Assembly (NCBI GenBank): GCA_038087875.1
Contig: CM075995.1
Coordinates: 10,418,001-10,482,000 of the forward strand
Direction: 5' to 3'
Source: Malacoraja senta
Taxonomy: Eukaryota
Length of the DNA stretch: 64,000 nt
The stretch's first letter is position 1. The number at the start of each line of letters is the position of its first letter. Below the pieces are notes generated by a model. It did not search any database and was not told the origin of the DNA. It saw only the letters and a program-made list of their open reading frames with translations. Made by a program: the position numbers and the translations under genes. Below are positions 53,701 through 63,236 of the stretch, piece after piece.

Positions 53701-56700
53701 CACTGTCCCGCCATCCCGGGAATTAACCTCGTGAATCTATGCTGCACTGCATCAATGGCAAGGATGTCGTTCCTCAAATTAGGAGACCAAAACTGCACAC
53801 AATACTCAGATGTGGTCTCTCCAGGGCCCTGTACAACTGCAGAAGGACCGCTTTGCTCCTGTGCTCAACTCTCTTTATGAAGGCAAACATGCCATGAGAT
53901 TTCTTCACTGCCTGTTGTATACCTCCTTGCTTACTCTCAGTGACTCATGTACAAGGACACCCAGGTCTCGTTGTACTTTCCATTTTCCCAACTGGACACC
54001 ATTCAGATAATAATCTCCTTCCCTTCTCTAACTTCACATTTATCCACATTATACTGCATCTGCCACACATCTGCCCACTCACCCAACCTGTCCAAATCAC
54101 CCAGCATCCTCACAGCATCCCCCACACAGTTCACACTGCCATCCAGCTTTGTCACATCTGCAAATTTGCTAATGTTACTTTTAATTCCTTCATCTTAATG
54201 ATTAATATATGTTGTAAAAAGCTGCGGTCCTAGCACCGAGCCTTGCGGTACACCACTAGTCACTGCCTGTCATTCTGAAAGGGACCCGTTAATCCCTACT
54301 CTTTGTTATCTGTCTGCCAACCAGTTTTTCTATCCGTCAATACTCTACCCCTGATACCATATGCTCTAATTTTGCCCACTAATCTCCTGTGCGGGCCCTT
54401 ACCAAACGCTTTTTGAAAGTCCAGGTACACTACATCCACTGGCTCTCCCTTGTCCATTTTACTTGTTACATCCTCATAAAATTCCAGAAGCTTTGTCAAG
54501 CATAATTTCCCCTTCGTAAATCCATGCTGACTTGGGCCGATCTTGTTACTGCTATCCAAATGTGCCGCTATTTCATCTTTGCTAATCGACTCCAGCGTTT
54601 TCCCCACCACCGATGTCAGGCTAACTGATCTATAATTCCCTGCGTTCTCACTCCCACCTTCCTCCAAACGTGGGATAACATCAGCTACCCTCCAATCCAC
54701 AGGAACTTATCCTGAACAAATGGAACATAGGAAACTGATCACCAATGCTTCCACGATTTCGAGAGCCACTTCCTTGAATACCCTGTGATGCAGACAATCG
54801 GGCCCTGGGGATTTATCAGCTTTCAGTCCCTTCAGTCTACCCAACACAATTTCCTGACTAATATGAATTTCTTTCAGTTCCTCCATCAGCCAATATCATC
54901 TGTCGCCAAGTACATCTGGGAGATTGTCTGTGTCTTCCTTCGTGAAGACAGAACCAAAGTACCCGTTCAACTCGTTTGCCATTTCCTTGTTCCTTGTTCA
55001 CCTGTTTCTGTCTTCAAGGGACCTACATATGTCTTAACTATTTTTATCCTCTTCACATACCAAAATAAGATTATATTATCCTCCTTTATATTGTTGGCTA
55101 GCTTACCTTCGTACTTTATCTTTTCTCCACGTATTGCCTTTTTAGTTATATTCTGTTGTTCTTTAAACGTTTCCCAATCCTCTGGCTCCCGCTCATCTTT
55201 GCTATGTTATACTTCTCTTTAATGTTTATACTGTACTTGACTTTCCTTGTCAGCTACGGTTGCCTCTTACTTCCGTTAGAATCTTTCTTCCTCTTTGGAA
55301 TGTAATGATCCTGCATCTTCTGTATTATTCCCAGAAATACCTACCATTATTGTTCCACCGTCATCCCTGCTAGGGTTCTTTTACAGAAGTTGGCCAGCTC
55401 CTCCCGCATGGCTCCATAGTCCCATTTGTTCAACTGCAATACTGACACTTCCGATTTTACCTTCTCCCTTTCAAATTGCAGATTAAAACGTAGCATATTA
55501 TGGTCACATCCTCAGTCACAACCTCCTAATGGTTCCTACACCTTGAGTTCCCTAGTCAAATCCGGTGCATTACATAAAACTACATCCAAAATAGCTTGCT
55601 CTCTGGTTGGCTGCTCCAAGAATCCATCTCAGTGGCACTCCACAAACTCCGTTTGTTGGGGTCCAGTACCAACCTGATTTACCTAGTCGACCTGCATGTT
55701 GAAATCTCCCATAATCACCGTTATATTACCTTTGCGACATGATCATTTTAACTCCTGATGCAATTTGCCACATATCTCCAGGCTACTGTTTGGGGGGTTG
55801 TACCTAACTCCCATTCTGGTATTTTTACCCTTACAATTTCTCAGATCTATCCTCAATGACCCTACATCTTCTGATTCTATGTCACCCCTCGCAAGGGATT
55901 GAATTTCATTCCTGACCAACGGAGCCACCCCACGCCCTCTGCCCACCTGTCTGCCTTTTCGATAGAACGTATACCCCTGAATATTCAGTTCCCAGCTCTG
56001 ATCTCCTTGCAGCCATGACTGTAATACCCACAACATCATACTCACCAATTTCTAGCTGAACCTTAAGTTCTTCCACTTTATTTTTTGTACATCGTGCATT
56101 TATATATAACACGTTTAATTCGGTATTCACCTCTCCTCTCCCACCGAATACTTTTTCACCTAACCTTACACTCTTATCCCTTCTTGAACTTTCCGTCCCA
56201 TTAATTGGGGAGTCTTTCGTAACTTTTCCTGGATTCTCTTCCCCTTTAACCCTCATTCTTCAATTTGCAACCCCTCTTCCCCGCTATTTAGTTTAGTGTA
56301 ATCAGTCTGATGAAGAGGCTCGACCCGAAACGTCACATATTCCTTTTCCCCAGGGACGCTATCTGATCAACTTCTTCTTATCGAGTCCACACACAAGATT
56401 AGAAGTTGTTCAGCCAGTTGTTGAACACACGTCTCGGCATCTGCATACAATGGTGTCTGTCTTGTGTTTCTTGTGCTTCTTGTGCGTGATGGTGGAAAGA
56501 TTGGTGAAACAGGGCCGCGACGTGAACGCTCTTTCCTTGACACTGTCTGCCCAGCAAGACTACCCATGTATCAGGGACCTCTACTGTTCCTAGCCATCTG
56601 TTAGGAACACGAGCAAGTGGATACGATGCCGGCTATTGCCGTGGTAACCCCACTATCCACGCAACGTGTCACCAGTACATCGGCACATGCCTGTGATAAC

Positions 56701-59700
56701 ATTTTACGCATGATGGAGACAGTGGAATCTCACGTTTAAATCCTCATCTTTTTCAGCTGTGGAATCGTTGATTCCGTTTCTGGGACGACGTTGACCTTCA
56801 ATTGCGGTGGAATTGTTGGTCAATATGTGAACATCGTCATCCCAGGCCCGGATAGAATTTTAACCCTGTGCGAGGTTGAGATATTTGGTACAGAACTCCC
56901 GCACTTACATGGAAAAGGTAGGCTGAACTTCCCACTGGTGCTCCGGTGGTTCACTGCCCCATAGCTTAGTTGAGCAATTCTCCTGCTGATGAAGTCTGTC
57001 TATAACTACCTAACTGAAACCCCGTACCGTCTCTGGCAACGATCTGCTAAATCCCATTGTTGGTTTACTCGCCAGTCGTGGACCATCGCCTGTCCGAACC
57101 TGAGCCTGTCCTTTAATGAAAAATCAGAGAGTCGGTGCACACGCGGTCATCCATTTCGTCCGGAGACTTTAGGCTGACACCAACAAAGTCAGACACCAAC
57201 AAAATCACGCCTATTGAAACACGCTTGAAGCGCATCTCTCCGTTAACAGATTACTGCACGGTCCTCCCTAGAGTTGTAGTGCAATCACGATATTTTAACG
57301 TGCCTCAGCGCAGTTCTTGGATTTATTTTCTATAGGTTTCTAGATATAATACTATAACACAATGTGGTGCAATCTGTTGTTTCAATTCTACTTCACCATT
57401 ACTGCTTTCTCCCCATATCCCTTCAATCCGTCATCCCTGAGATTTATATGTAACTCTCTCTTAAATACATCTTGCCTTTCGGCTCAGTAGGACGTTTTCA
57501 TCCCCACAGAAAACTTGGCGTTGGGAGCAAGTCCGACCCAGTCCAGCACGGATGAAAGGGCAGCTGCTGAACGAGCCATTGACGGGAACAGCGATAGCGA
57601 CTTCAGGCATGGTTCATGCGCGCGCACCAGGAAATCCAAGAACCCTTGGTGGAGAGTCGATCTAAAAGATACCTACCTCATATCAGATGTGAGAATCACC
57701 AACAGAGCAGACTGCTGCTCGGACCAGCTCGAAGGAGCCGAGATTCGCATCGGGGACTCGCTGACGCACGATGGCAATTTCAACAGACTGTAAGTATTCA
57801 TAAGCATTCGCCGAATCTATTCACCTGCGGTGTCTTCTACGAATTCCACTGCTACTGGAGCAATAATAACATGAGTGGGTAAAAAAGAGAGATGCTGCAG
57901 GTGGCGAATGGTTTCGCTGCGGGTTAAATAAAAAAATGTCCTCCTCTGCTTCGGATGCGTGAGACAATGATACAGAGCCGTAGTCCACTAATCCAATGGC
58001 ACGAGGTGCTGCATTATCGCTTTAGCGACGCGGGTTCATAAAAGGAGGTGCATAAATCTGTAATTGAAGTTAATTCAAGTTATGTAATTCTGAACCATCA
58101 GATTGCAGTGTCAATGTTCAATTAACCAATGCCAATGAGTGTGGTTCATGTAGGCTCGATCCACTCAGCGCTATCTGTGTGTCCGAACGAACTGCAGATG
58201 CAGGTTTAAACCGAAGATATACACATAAACTGGAGAAACTAAGCGGGTTGGACAGGAACTATGGAGAAAAGGAATAGCTGACGTTTCGGGTCGAGACCGT
58301 CCTTCAGTGTGAAGAAGGGTCTCATCCCGAAACGTCACCTATCCCTTTTTCTCCAGAAATGTTGCCTGACCCGCAAGGCCTCCTGTGTATCCGGAACCTT
58401 TCCTGTTCCTAGCCAACGGTTCGGAACACGAGCATATGGATACGATTCCTGCTATTGCCGCGAGAGCCCCACATATCCGCAGAACGTGTCATCAGTACAC
58501 CAGCACAGGCCTATGATAACATTTGACATGCTTCTTCATATGCGCGATCGAGACAGTGGAGTCTCTCCTTAAATCCCTCTTATTTTGTAGCTGTGGAACC
58601 GTTGATCCAGTTTCTTGGACGACATTGACCTTCTATTGCGGTGGCATCGTCGGTCGATATGTGAACATCATCATCCCAGGCCCGGATAAAACTTTAACCC
58701 TGTGCGAGGTCGAGATATTTGGTTCAGAAGTCCCGTACTTACATGGAAAAGGTAGTGTGAACTTCCCGAAGAGGCGCTGGTTTAACACAGCCGCACAACT
58801 TAGTGGAGCGATTCTCCCGCTGATAAAGTTTGAGGATAACTTCCTTATTGAAGCCCAGTACCGTCTCTCCAAACGCTCTGTTCTTTGCTATTCGTAGTTT
58901 TGTCGCCGGTATTGGACCCGCGTTGTGTCCGAACATGAGCCACAGTGCGTGTTCATGAAATCCCTGAGACACGCAGTGCACACGCTGTCATCCATTTCGT
59001 CCGGGGAACTTATGCTTATAAACACCAGCCACGCACCAACAAAATACACACCTAATGAAGAGTATCACCCTCCTATTAGAGTCCAAACTTTAGTTGTACA
59101 ATCCCAATATTTTAACGCCTCAGTGGGGTGCTTGGTCATATTTTCTGTAATCGTAAATCCATAACACTGCAACAACATACCATGAAATCTATTGATTTGT
59201 CTACTTTACCTGTTGCTCTAGTGTGCGGATTCATTGCACTGATGTACAGTATGACTAGATTTGATAGTAGAGACGACAGAGTTCACTACATCTCACTTCA
59301 CTTCGCCATATAAAGCAATGCAAATATCAATGAAATACACTGCTAATACAAACCTTGATAGGCCAACATCCATCGTTAATAAACCTCCCCCTTTCGCGTC
59401 AGTGAAGCTTTTCAACCCAACAGAAAACGTGGCGTTGGGAGCAAGGCCGAGCCAATCCAGCACGGATGAACAGGCAGTTTGTGAGCGAGCCAATGACGGT
59501 AATAGCGACAACGACTTCAGGCATGGTTCATGTGCGCGTACCAGTAAATCCAAGAACCCTTGGTGGAGAGTTGATCTAACGGAAAGCTACAACGTGTCAG
59601 ACGTAAGGATCACCAACAGAGCAGACTGCTGCTCCGACCAGCTCCAAGGAGCCGAGATCCGCATCGGGGACTCGCTGGAGAATTATGGCAATTCCAACAG

Positions 59701-62700
59701 ACTGTAAGTATTCAGAAGCAATCACCGACTGCGGTGTCTTCTTGTGCAAATTCCATTGTTACAGGCGCAATGATAAAATGAATGTGGAAAACAGATGCTG
59801 CGGGTTAAGAATGGTCTCACTGCAGTTGAAATAAAAATTGTGCTGCGCTGATCCAGATGCGAAAAATAAAAGCAAAACTATTTTCCAGTTAACATAGAAA
59901 CATAAAAATAGGTGCAGGAGTAGGCCATTCGACCCTTCGAGCCTGCACCGCCATTCGATATGATCATGGCCGATCATCCAACTCAGTATCCCATCCCTGC
60001 CTTCTCTCCATACCCCCTGATCCCTTTAGCCACAAGGGCCACATCTAACTCCCTCTTAAATATAGCCAATGAACTGGCCTCAACTACCTTCTGTGGCAGA
60101 GGATTCCACAGATTCACCACTCTCTGTGTAAAAAAATGATTTTCTCATCTCGGTCCTAAAAGACTTCCCTCTTATCCTTAAACTGTGACCTTTAGTTCTG
60201 GACTTCCCCAACATCGGGAATAATCTTCCTGCATCTAGCCTGTCCAACCCCTTAAGAATTTTGTAAGTTTGTATAAGATCCCCCCTCAATCTTCCAAATT
60301 CCAGCGTGTACAAGCCGAGTCTTAATTAGTGGCTGCTGCCGTACCACTATCGCGATTGGTTCATTAAAAAGGAGGTGCTTAAATCAGAAATTGATGTTAA
60401 TTGCAGTCATGTAATACTGAATAATCTGATTGCACTGGCAATGTTCACGTAACCAATGACTATGAGTGAGAATAATTGCAGGCTCGAACTATTCAGGGCT
60501 ACCTATGTGAATGAACGACCTGCAGATGCAGGTTTAAACCGAAGATAGACACAATAAGCTCAAGCAACTCAGCAGGTCGGACATCAAAAATCGAGAAAAT
60601 GAATAGCAGACGTTTCGGGATGAGACCCTCCTCCAGTGTATTCAGTCTAAAGAAGGATTCTCGACCCAATACGCCACCTATTCCTTTTCTCCAGAGATGG
60701 TGTCTGACCCGCAAGGTCTTCTATGTACCCGGAACCACTCCTGTTGCTCGCCATCTGTTCGGAACACGAGCAAGTTTATACGAAGTCGGCAATTGCCGTG
60801 GGAGCACCACACATTCGCGGAACGCGTCATCAGTACACCAGCAGCGCCCTGCGATAGCCTTCCTCATTCGCATGATCGAGACAGTGGGGTCTCACCTTTA
60901 AAATCATCATCTTTTTCAGCTGTGGAATCGTTGATGCGGATTTCGGGCCGAAATTGATCTTCAATTGCGGTGGATTTATCGGTCGATATGTGAACATCAT
61001 CATCCCAGGCCCGGATAAAATCTTAACCCTGTGCGAGGTTGAGATATTTGGTTCAGAACTCCCGTACTTACATGGAAAAGGTAGGATGAACTTCCCGCTG
61101 AGGCTCTAGTTGTACACAGCCCCACAACTTAACTAAGCGATTCTCCCGCTGATAAAGTCTGAGTATAAGTTCCCGATTGAAGCCCAGAACAGTCACTCCC
61201 AACGCTCTGGTCTTTGCCATTCGTAGTTTACTCGCCAGTCTTGGACTCTCGCTGTGTCCGAACACGAGCCTGTCTGTTCATAAAATCCCTGAGACGGTGG
61301 GTACATTCGCCGTCAACCATTTCGTCGCAGACATTATGCAGACAAACACCAGCCACGCTCCAAAAAATACACTTCTATCGAAGCACGCTTATAGAGTATC
61401 TTCCCGTTACCCGACTACATAACGGTCCACCCTTGAGTTGTAGTGCAATCCCGATTTTTATCCTACCTCATCGCGGTTCGCAGACTAATGTTGCCCAGCC
61501 CTATTGCTATAATACTATGACACCATGTTATGCAATCTATTGTTTTCTTTCTACTTTACCTGTTGCTCTTGTGTGCGGCTTAATTGTACTGATGTGCAGT
61601 ATGATTTGTTTGTATAGCACAAAGAAGTGTTTGCGTTGCATCGCACTTCACTTGACCACACTAAATGAGAACGAATATCAATGCAATACACTGTTGACCC
61701 TAACCCTGATAGCAGGCCGACATCCATTGGTATTAAATACCCCCGTTTCAGTCCAGTGGGATGTTTCTCGCCCAACAGAAAACGCGGCGTTGGGATATTT
61801 GTTTAGGAACTCCCGTCCTTACATGGAAAACTTAGACTGAAGTATCCGCTGAGGCTCTGGTTGTTCACAGACCCACAGCTTAATTGAGAGAATCTCCCGT
61901 TGATAATGTTTGAGGATAATAACCTTACTGAAGCCAAGTACCCAACGCTCTGCGTTTTACCATTCTTAGTTTAATCGCCAGTCTTGGACCATCCATTTGT
62001 CCAAGCATGAACCTGTCTACAAATGCATTGCCTGAGAGATACGGTGCACATGTGGACATCCATTCAGCCCGGAGACCTCATGCTGATAGGCACCCACCAC
62101 GCACCAACGAAATGCACACCTAATGAAACTCGATTGAAGAGTATCACTCTGCTATCATACTATTGAACTGTGCTATCTTTGAACTGTACTATTGAACTGT
62201 GCTACCAATTGGTGTATGTGACAATACATGTCCTTTGTCCTTTGACCTTTTGTCCTTTTGTCCTATGTTGAGTAGTAGCGCAAACTCAATCTTTTAACGC
62301 GTCAGTGCGGTGTATAAACGTAAATCCATAACATTGTAACAACATACCATGAAATCTATTGATTCTTCAACTTTACCTGGTGCTCTTGTCTGCGGCTTCA
62401 TGGCACTGATGTACAGTATGATTTGATTCGATAGTAGAGACGATGGAATTCACTACATATCGCTTCACTTGATCATCGTATTCAATACGAATATCAATGA
62501 GATACCCTGCTATTCCAAACCGGGTTATTACCGAAGGACTACATCCGTCGGTAATAAATCTCACCCTTTCGGCTCAGTGAGGTGTTTCCTACCCTACAGA
62601 AAACGTGGCGTTGAAATCAAGGCCGACCCAGTCCAGCACGTATCCAGGGGCAGGTGCTGAGAACGCCAACGACGGTAACAGCGACAGCGACTTCAGGCAT

Positions 62701-62879
62701 GGTTCATGTGCGCGCACAAATAAATCCAAGAACCCTTGGTGGAGAGTCGATCTAAAGGAAAGGTACAACATGTCAGATGTAAGAATCACCAACAGAGCAG
62801 ACTGCTGCTCGGACCACCTCGAAGGTGCCGAGATCCGCATCGGGGATTCGCTGGAGAACGATGGCAATTTCAACAGACT
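857..62879 (+). CDS. Multi-exon gene (open at both window ends) encoding at least 15.5 tandem F-type lectin (fucolectin/FTP) domains with occasional Pro/Thr-rich linkers
   Basis: Repeated exon pairs translate to [63 protein letters not shown], the FTP-domain signature. Intron phases (A: 1 to 2, B: 2 to 1) chain all exons in one frame, 7603 nt in total. Confidence 0.88.
1926..2086 (+). CDS. F-type lectin domain 1, exon B
   Basis: tttcag|CTGCGGAATC...CATGGAAAAG|gtaggc; [25 protein letters not shown]; 161 bp. Confidence 0.92.
2959..3238 (+). CDS. F-type lectin domain 2, exon A
   Basis: Same AG/GT sites and translation as exon A1. Confidence 0.92.
4028..4188 (+). CDS. F-type lectin domain 2, exon B
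   Basis: tttcag|CTGC...AAAG|gtaggc, 161 bp. Confidence 0.92.
5060..5339 (+). CDS. F-type lectin domain 3, exon A
   Basis: AG/GT sites intact, 280 bp. Confidence 0.92.
6129..6289 (+). CDS. F-type lectin domain 3, exon B
   Basis: AG/GT sites intact, 161 bp, open frame. Confidence 0.92.
7158..7437 (+). CDS. F-type lectin domain 4, exon A
   Basis: AG/GT sites intact, 280 bp. Confidence 0.92.
8223..8383 (+). CDS. F-type lectin domain 4, exon B
   Basis: cttcag|CTGC...AAAG|gtaggc. Confidence 0.92.
9256..9535 (+). CDS. F-type lectin domain 5, exon A
   Basis: AG/GT sites intact, 280 bp. Confidence 0.92.
10192..10495 (-). mobile_element. tRNA-derived V-SINE (HE1-like)
   Basis: Minus strand has A-box TGGCGCAGCGG, B-box-like GTTTCGATCC and V-core GGAGTTTGCACGTTCTCCCCGTG...GGTTTCCTCCCACA; absent from sister units. 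Confidence 0.75.
10626..10786 (+). CDS. F-type lectin domain 5, exon B
   Basis: tttcag|CTGT...AAAG|gtatgc. Confidence 0.9.
11648..11927 (+). CDS. F-type lectin domain 6, exon A
   Basis: cccacag|CAAACTTGG...AGACT|gtaagt; DFMRGSC variant. Confidence 0.9.
12908..17455 (-). mobile_element. CR1-clade LINE with ORF1 SGNH-esterase remnant and ORF2 APE/RT, degenerate
   Basis: [21 protein letters not shown] (16975-17346), [41 protein letters not shown]; (CAATAGA)n tail at 12908. Confidence 0.92.
13965..15053 (+). mobile_element. Young CR1 3' portion (+) followed by an inverted copy of its own 3' end, nested in the minus-strand CR1
   Basis: Open 224-aa ORF2 C-terminus 14031-14705; (ATATGGTT)n tail; mirror arm 14822-15053. 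Confidence 0.85.
18833..19047 (-). mobile_element. CR1 3'-end fragment inserted in the Rex1-like LINE
   Basis: (AGAAACAT)n tail; host frame ELYI|RRCRSR resumes afterwards. Confidence 0.8.
19690..19850 (+). CDS. F-type lectin domain 6, exon B (after a 7.8-kb TE-expanded intron)
   Basis: tttcag|CTGT...AAAG|gtaggc, open frame. Confidence 0.88.
20314..20645 (+). mobile_element. CR1 3' fragment
   Basis: [30 protein letters not shown]. Confidence 0.85.
21100..21376 (+). CDS. F-type lectin domain 7, exon A (one-codon deletion)
   Basis: 277 bp, QST instead of QSST, frame preserved, AG/GT intact. Confidence 0.9.
21586..21888 (-). mobile_element. LINE 3' remnant with (TGAA)n microsatellite tail
   Basis: (TGAA)7 then TTTATT (AATAAA on the minus strand); absent from sister introns; family not determined. 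Confidence 0.5.
22138..22337 (+). mobile_element. Probable solo LTR
   Basis: TG...CA, flanked by a GACCC direct repeat, internal TATAAA and AATAAA, absent from sister introns. Confidence 0.55.
22630..23125 (+). mobile_element. CR1 RT fragment with internal deletions
   Basis: [29 protein letters not shown]. Confidence 0.85.
23301..23692 (+). CDS. F-type lectin domain 7, exon B plus Pro/Thr-rich linker
   Basis: tttcag|CTGT...GGAACAG|gtaggc; 392 bp, phase 2 to 1. Confidence 0.85.
24166..24593 (+). other. Extra exon-B/linker copy (B-prime) with CR1-derived 5' end and candidate in-frame acceptor
   Basis: tattctag|C TCT CTG GAT ATA AAT GCT AAC ATT GAA TTT GCC TTC AAT TGC...ACAG|gtaggc; open frame; splicing unproven. 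Confidence 0.6.
24700..25625 (-). mobile_element. Old degenerate CR1 fragment (copies at ~32560-33475 and ~50540-51445; shorter pieces in each 932-bp unit)
   Basis: [39 protein letters not shown] on the minus strand. Confidence 0.8.
25996..26275 (+). CDS. F-type lectin domain 8, exon A
   Basis: ccaacag|AAAACGTGG...AGACT|gtaagt. Confidence 0.9.
26727..27214. mobile_element. GC-rich non-autonomous DNA transposon (MITE), TTAA-flanked
   Basis: Imperfect TIR agctctgtcccacgggtttgcggtc / gaccgcagactcgtgagacaggcct (20/25), TTAA on both sides, internal ~43-bp repeats. Confidence 0.75.
27393..27808 (+). CDS. F-type lectin domain 8, exon B plus Pro/Thr-rich linker
   Basis: 416 bp, 24 bp longer than B7, AG/GT intact. 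Confidence 0.85.
28282..32437 (+). repeat. Five tandem 932-bp units, each carrying a B-prime exon (28282-28709, 29214-29641, 30146-30573, 31078-31505, 32010-32437)
   Basis: ORF starts at 28346/29278/30210/31142/32074 are exactly 932 bp apart; all copies are stop-free and keep the ag and gtaggc sites. Confidence 0.92.
33854..34133 (+). CDS. F-type lectin domain 9, exon A
   Basis: AG/GT intact, 280 bp. Confidence 0.9.
34585..35077. mobile_element. Same MITE, duplicated copy
   Basis: Same TIRs (extending to ~35 bp) and TTAA flanks. Confidence 0.75.
35441..35554 (+). pseudogene. Dead exon B (10-bp frameshifting deletion, 3' end truncated by CR1)
   Basis: GGGAC^TTCAAT lacks GTCATTCACC and the shifted frame reaches TGA; antisense CR1 follows GAGGTTGAG. 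Confidence 0.85.
35555..38362 (-). mobile_element. Degenerate CR1 LINE (ORF2 APE to 3' end)
   Basis: [38 protein letters not shown]. Confidence 0.9.
38820..38980 (+). CDS. F-type lectin domain 9, intact exon B
   Basis: ttttcag|CTGT...AAAG|gtaggc; GQYVNI variant. Confidence 0.85.
39574..39853 (+). CDS. F-type lectin domain 10, exon A
   Basis: AG/GT intact; AIDGN and DTYLISD variants. Confidence 0.9.
40307..40438. repeat. Palindromic (Penelope-LTR-like) element; a copy lies in A-B introns throughout the array
   Basis: gcggg..ggagaaaaggaatag.tgacgtttcggg..ttcag mirrored by tgaagaaggg..cccgaaacgtcac..ttttctcca..cccgc. Confidence 0.7.
40655..40815 (+). CDS. F-type lectin domain 10, exon B
   Basis: ttttgtag|CTGT...AAAG|gtaggc. 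Confidence 0.9.
41488..41767 (+). CDS. F-type lectin domain 11, exon A
   Basis: ccaacag|AAAACGTGG...AGACT|gtaagt; extra Cys (QAVCER). Confidence 0.9.
41956..42386 (-). mobile_element. CR1 3' fragment (copy at 59891-60321)
   Basis: [39 protein letters not shown] tail. Confidence 0.88.
42985..43145 (+). CDS. F-type lectin domain 11, exon B
   Basis: ttttcag|CTGT...AAAG|gtagga; [16 protein letters not shown]. Confidence 0.9.
43844..43895 (+). pseudogene. Collapsed unit: start of exon A fused to end of exon B, donor destroyed
   Basis: ccaacag|AAAACGCGGCGTTGGGA joined to TATTTG...CTTACATGGAAAActtagactgaag. Confidence 0.8.
44665..44944 (+). CDS. F-type lectin domain 12, exon A
   Basis: cctacag|AAAACGTGG...AGACT|gtaagt; DCCSDH variant. 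Confidence 0.9.
45300..46135 (+). mobile_element. CR1 ORF2 RT fragment, preceded by a MITE-like end (45198-45300)
   Basis: [36 protein letters not shown]; upstream ctgtcccac terminus with cgcga repeats. Confidence 0.88.
46289..48894 (+). mobile_element. 5'-truncated L1-clade LINE with poly(A) and TSD
   Basis: [40 protein letters not shown]...C zinc knuckle; AATAAA plus A-tail; AGAAAAGGAAT at 46278 and 48895. Confidence 0.92.
49173..49558 (+). CDS. F-type lectin domain 12, exon B plus Pro/Thr-rich linker
   Basis: ttttttag|CTGT...GAAACAG|gtaggc; 386 bp, phase 2 to 1. Confidence 0.85.
49988..50415 (+). other. Extra B-prime exon copy with CR1-derived 5' end
   Basis: Same structure as 24166-24593. 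Confidence 0.6.
51826..52105 (+). CDS. F-type lectin domain 13, exon A
   Basis: Paralog of A9, AG/GT intact. Confidence 0.9.
52557..52994. mobile_element. Same MITE, with internal deletion
   Basis: Same TIRs and TTAA flanks. Confidence 0.75.
53359..53472 (+). pseudogene. Dead exon B (duplicate of 35441-35554)
   Basis: Same deletion and same CR1 truncation. Confidence 0.85.
53473..56295 (-). mobile_element. Degenerate CR1 LINE (duplicate of 35555-38362)
   Basis: Matching ORF fragments 54296-54700 and 55743-56256. Confidence 0.9.
56757..56917 (+). CDS. F-type lectin domain 13, intact exon B
   Basis: AG/GT intact, 161 bp. Confidence 0.85.
57510..57789 (+). CDS. F-type lectin domain 14, exon A
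   Basis: Paralog of A10. Confidence 0.9.
58591..58751 (+). CDS. F-type lectin domain 14, exon B
   Basis: tgtag|CTGT...AAAG|gtagtg (altered donor context). Confidence 0.85.
59424..59703 (+). CDS. F-type lectin domain 15, exon A
   Basis: Paralog of A11. Confidence 0.9.
60920..61080 (+). CDS. F-type lectin domain 15, exon B
   Basis: Paralog of B11, AG/GT intact. Confidence 0.9.
61779..61830 (+). pseudogene. Collapsed A/B unit (duplicate of 43844-43895)
   Basis: Same fusion junction. Confidence 0.8.
62600..62879 (+). CDS. F-type lectin domain 16, exon A (partner exon B beyond the window)
   Basis: Paralog of A12, AG/GT intact. Confidence 0.9.
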
Positions 62880-63236
62880 GTAAGTATTCGGAAACAATCG
62901 CCGACTCTACTTACCTGTGGTGTCTTCTTCTGCAAATTCCACTGTCATTGCATTGATAAAATGATCTCACTGCAGAAAAAACTAAAATTGCGCCGCGCTC
63001 ATCCTGATGCGAGGGAAAATTATACAGAGCCGTTGTCCACTTATCCAGTGGCATGACTTGCTGACGTACATCTATAGCAATGGGTTCAACAAAACGATAT
63101 GCATAAGGCAACAATTAATTTATTTCGAATTGAGGGCCTGTCCCACTTGGCCATCATTTACGCGACAGTCCGATAGTAAGTGACGCGCGACAGTCGCACG
63201 ATGGTCGCGCGACGGTCTCGCGCATCATCACGCGCC

